This document shows positions 58,529 through 60,440 of a DNA stretch of 60,440 nt, piece by piece. Numbering within the stretch: the stretch's first letter is position 1; each line of letters starts with the position of its first letter. Source of the stretch: a virus. Lineage: Duplodnaviria; Caudoviricetes. The stretch is from IMG/VR virus record IMGVR_UViG_3300044297_000142, positions 1-60,440 of that record; one strand, 5' to 3'. Made by a program: the position numbers and the translations under genes. The notes under the pieces were generated by a model that was given only the letters and a program-made list of their open reading frames with translations, was not told the DNA's origin and did not search any database.

Positions 58529-60047
58529 TTCAAATTTTGTAGTCAAGAACGGCCTGACTGTAGGAACTACGAACGTCATTGCAGCCAATGGTGTATGGAT
58601 TGGCGCAACTACAAATTTGATTGGTCCACAAGGATTTCAAGGTAGTATTGGTCAACAAGGTCCAACAGGTTCACAAGGTTCTACTGGTGCTCAAGGCGCT
58701 GCAGGTGCACAAGGTTCAGCAGGCACTACAGGACCAACAGGTGCACAAGGTTCGGTTGGACCAACGGGTCCTACTGGACCACAAGGTTTTCAAGGTACTG
58801 CGGGTTCCACCGGTCCTACTGGACCTACAGGTCCTACTGGACCACAAGGTTTCCAAGGCACAGCAGGTTCTGCGGGTCCTACTGGACCACAAGGCAGTGC
58901 GGGAAGTACAGGTCCTACTGGACCACAAGGCAGTGCGGGAAGTACAGGTCCCACAGGTCCACAAGGCAGTGCAGGACCAACTGGACCAACAGGTTTATTG
59001 CCAACAAACTCTCTTACTACATATGGCGGATATTATGCGTCAAATAGTAAAAATGGTTATTATGGTATTTTAATGGGAAACACAACTTCCCATTTGAACT
59101 ACATGGCTGACGGATCAGGTAATGGCGGTATATATCGTGAATCATCTGGTACTTGGGTTCAATATTATAATGCTACTAGTGGTTGCAGTGGATTTGGCAC
59201 ATCATCAACCAATAGCGCATATAATATCTATTGTCCAACCGGCGTTTATTCCGGCGGGCGTGTTGACGGAACCATTTTTTACGATGCCAACGACACCACT
59301 TACTACTCCGATCCGAATAGCGGCGATAGAATCTATAGAGCAAACTATAGCTCAGGACAAGTAAACGCATCAAATAATGCTGGCGGCAGAGTTCGTATTT
59401 CTTCTTTTACAAATGGCGAAACAGAAATTAACGGCAACTGTTATAACATTGTTTTAGGACCATCTTCTACAAGAACTGGTGCGGGTTATTATTATGCTGG
59501 CATAGCTATCAATGGATTGTTAAATTATGCCGGCGGCACAAGTTATGATGTTGCACCACATATTTGGATTGGTGGTTATTATAGGGATACTCCAGGATCA
59601 GAACGTTCGGATTTTATTGTTGCTGTAAAATCTGGAACATCAACATCAGGCACAGGCTCTGATATTCCACAAACAAGATTTAAAGTTGAATACACAGGTG
59701 ATTGTACCGCAACAGGAAATATTACTGCATACTCTGATATTAGATTTAAGAAAAACATTAATCAAATTGAAGATGCACTTAATAAGGTTTTAAAACTTAG
59801 AGGTGTGACATATAATAGAACAGATGTTGATGACCAAAACAGAGAATTTGTTGGTGTGATTGCTCAAGAAGTTCAAGAAGTTTTGCCGCAAGTAATTACT
59901 GTACAATCAGATGAACATAAAACATTATCGGTTGCATATGGTAACATGGTTGGTTTATTAATTGAAGCAATCAAAGAACAACAAGAACAAATTGAAAAAC
60001 AACAGAATCAAATTAATGAATTAAGAGATATAATAAATGGCAACTAA
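58518..60047 (+). CDS. collagen-like tail fibre 2 with peptidase S74 domain
   Basis: Same N-terminus and S74 C-terminus, different middle domain. Confidence 0.9.
   Translation: MATNSNFVVKNGLTVGTTNVIAANGVWIGATTNLIGPQGFQGSIGQQGPTGSQGSTGAQGAAGAQGSAGTTGPTGAQGSVGPTGPTGPQGFQGTAGSTGPTGPTGPTGPQGFQGTAGSAGPTGPQGSAGSTGPTGPQGSAGSTGPTGPQGSAGPTGPTGLLPTNSLTTYGGYYASNSKNGYYGILMGNTTSHLNYMADGSGNGGIYRESSGTWVQYYNATSGCSGFGTSSTNSAYNIYCPTGVYSGGRVDGTIFYDANDTTYYSDPNSGDRIYRANYSSGQVNASNNAGGRVRISSFTNGETEINGNCYNIVLGPSSTRTGAGYYYAGIAINGLLNYAGGTSYDVAPHIWIGGYYRDTPGSERSDFIVAVKSGTSTSGTGSDIPQTRFKVEYTGDCTATGNITAYSDIRFKKNINQIEDALNKVLKLRGVTYNRTDVDDQNREFVGVIAQEVQEVLPQVITVQSDEHKTLSVAYGNMVGLLIEAIKEQQEQIEKQQNQINELRDIINGN
58875..58946 (+). 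repeat. exact 36-bp tandem repeat in the collagen segment
   Basis: ggtcctactggaccacaaggcagtgcgggaagtaca x2 plus a degenerate third copy. Confidence 0.85.
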
Positions 60048-60440
60048 TTCAAATTTTGTAGTCAAAAATGGACTTACAGTAGGCACCACAAACGTCATTG
60101 CGGCCAATGGTGTTTGGATTGGCGCAACTACAAATTTGATTGGTCCACAGGGTGTACAAGGTTCTGTTGGTGCTCAGGGTCCTACTGGACCTACTGGCCC
60201 TCAGGGTACACAAGGTTCTACCGGTTCTGCGGGTCCAACTGGACCACAAGGCAGTCAAGGTACGGCAGGCAGTGCAGGACCCACAGGTCCACAAGGCAGT
60301 CAAGGTAGTGCAGGCGCTCAAGGTTCTACTGGACCCACAGGTCCTACTGGTCCCACAGGACCATCTGGTGTTTCTATTACAGGTCCTACTGGCCCACAAG
60401 GCGCTCAAGGCAGTGCCGGTGCCACAGGTCCTACTGGTCC
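60037..60440 (+). CDS. collagen-like tail fibre 3 (partial, runs off window; missing from ORF track)
   Basis: ATG 60037: [42 protein letters not shown]..., open G-X-Y frame to the window end. Confidence 0.9.
   Translation, partial: MATNSNFVVKNGLTVGTTNVIAANGVWIGATTNLIGPQGVQGSVGAQGPTGPTGPQGTQGSTGSAGPTGPQGSQGTAGSAGPTGPQGSQGSAGAQGSTGPTGPTGPTGPSGVSITGPTGPQGAQGSAGATGPTG

Noticed and set aside
1-60440. Stop-codon reassignment (alternative genetic code)
   Set aside because: The standard code gives dense, full-length, recognisable T4-like genes, so recoding is not needed to explain the window.

Overview
This is a 60-kb segment of a large, AT-rich T4-like myovirus genome. The host is most likely a freshwater-type betaproteobacterium, inferred from the Bug/TctC protein and the beta-type permuted tmRNA with an ANDEKFALAA tag. 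From left to right: (1) small early/middle genes including a pyrimidine-dimer glycosylase-like gene, phoH and a PD-(D/E)XK exonuclease; (2) a late-promoter-driven glycine-rich protein followed by an ~8.4-kb enzyme island with four SGGxD[S/T] PP-loop paralogues, a fatty-acid-hydroxylase-family protein, a twitch/radical-SAM enzyme, an orphan TctC, a DUF2061-like protein and an acyl-CoA-dehydrogenase-like protein; (3) a sigma70-driven unit with a two-piece (circularly permuted) tmRNA, an outer-membrane beta-barrel and a SleB-type hydrolase; (4) gp33, gp59, a HAD nucleotidase and gp32; (5) a minus-strand block of gp4, gp2, a tube-like gene, gp26, gp51 and lysozyme-bearing/hub genes, with a strong candidate -1 programmed frameshift joining gp26 to gp51; (6) baseplate genes gp48, gp53, a hub-like gene, a split gp5, gp25, gp6, gp7, gp8 and a large VrlC-like protein; (7) a long fibre/adhesin region ending in a tandem array of at least three collagen-like fibres next to a 2OG-Fe(II) oxygenase. 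All family calls come from motifs recognised by eye and from synteny. No database searches were run.
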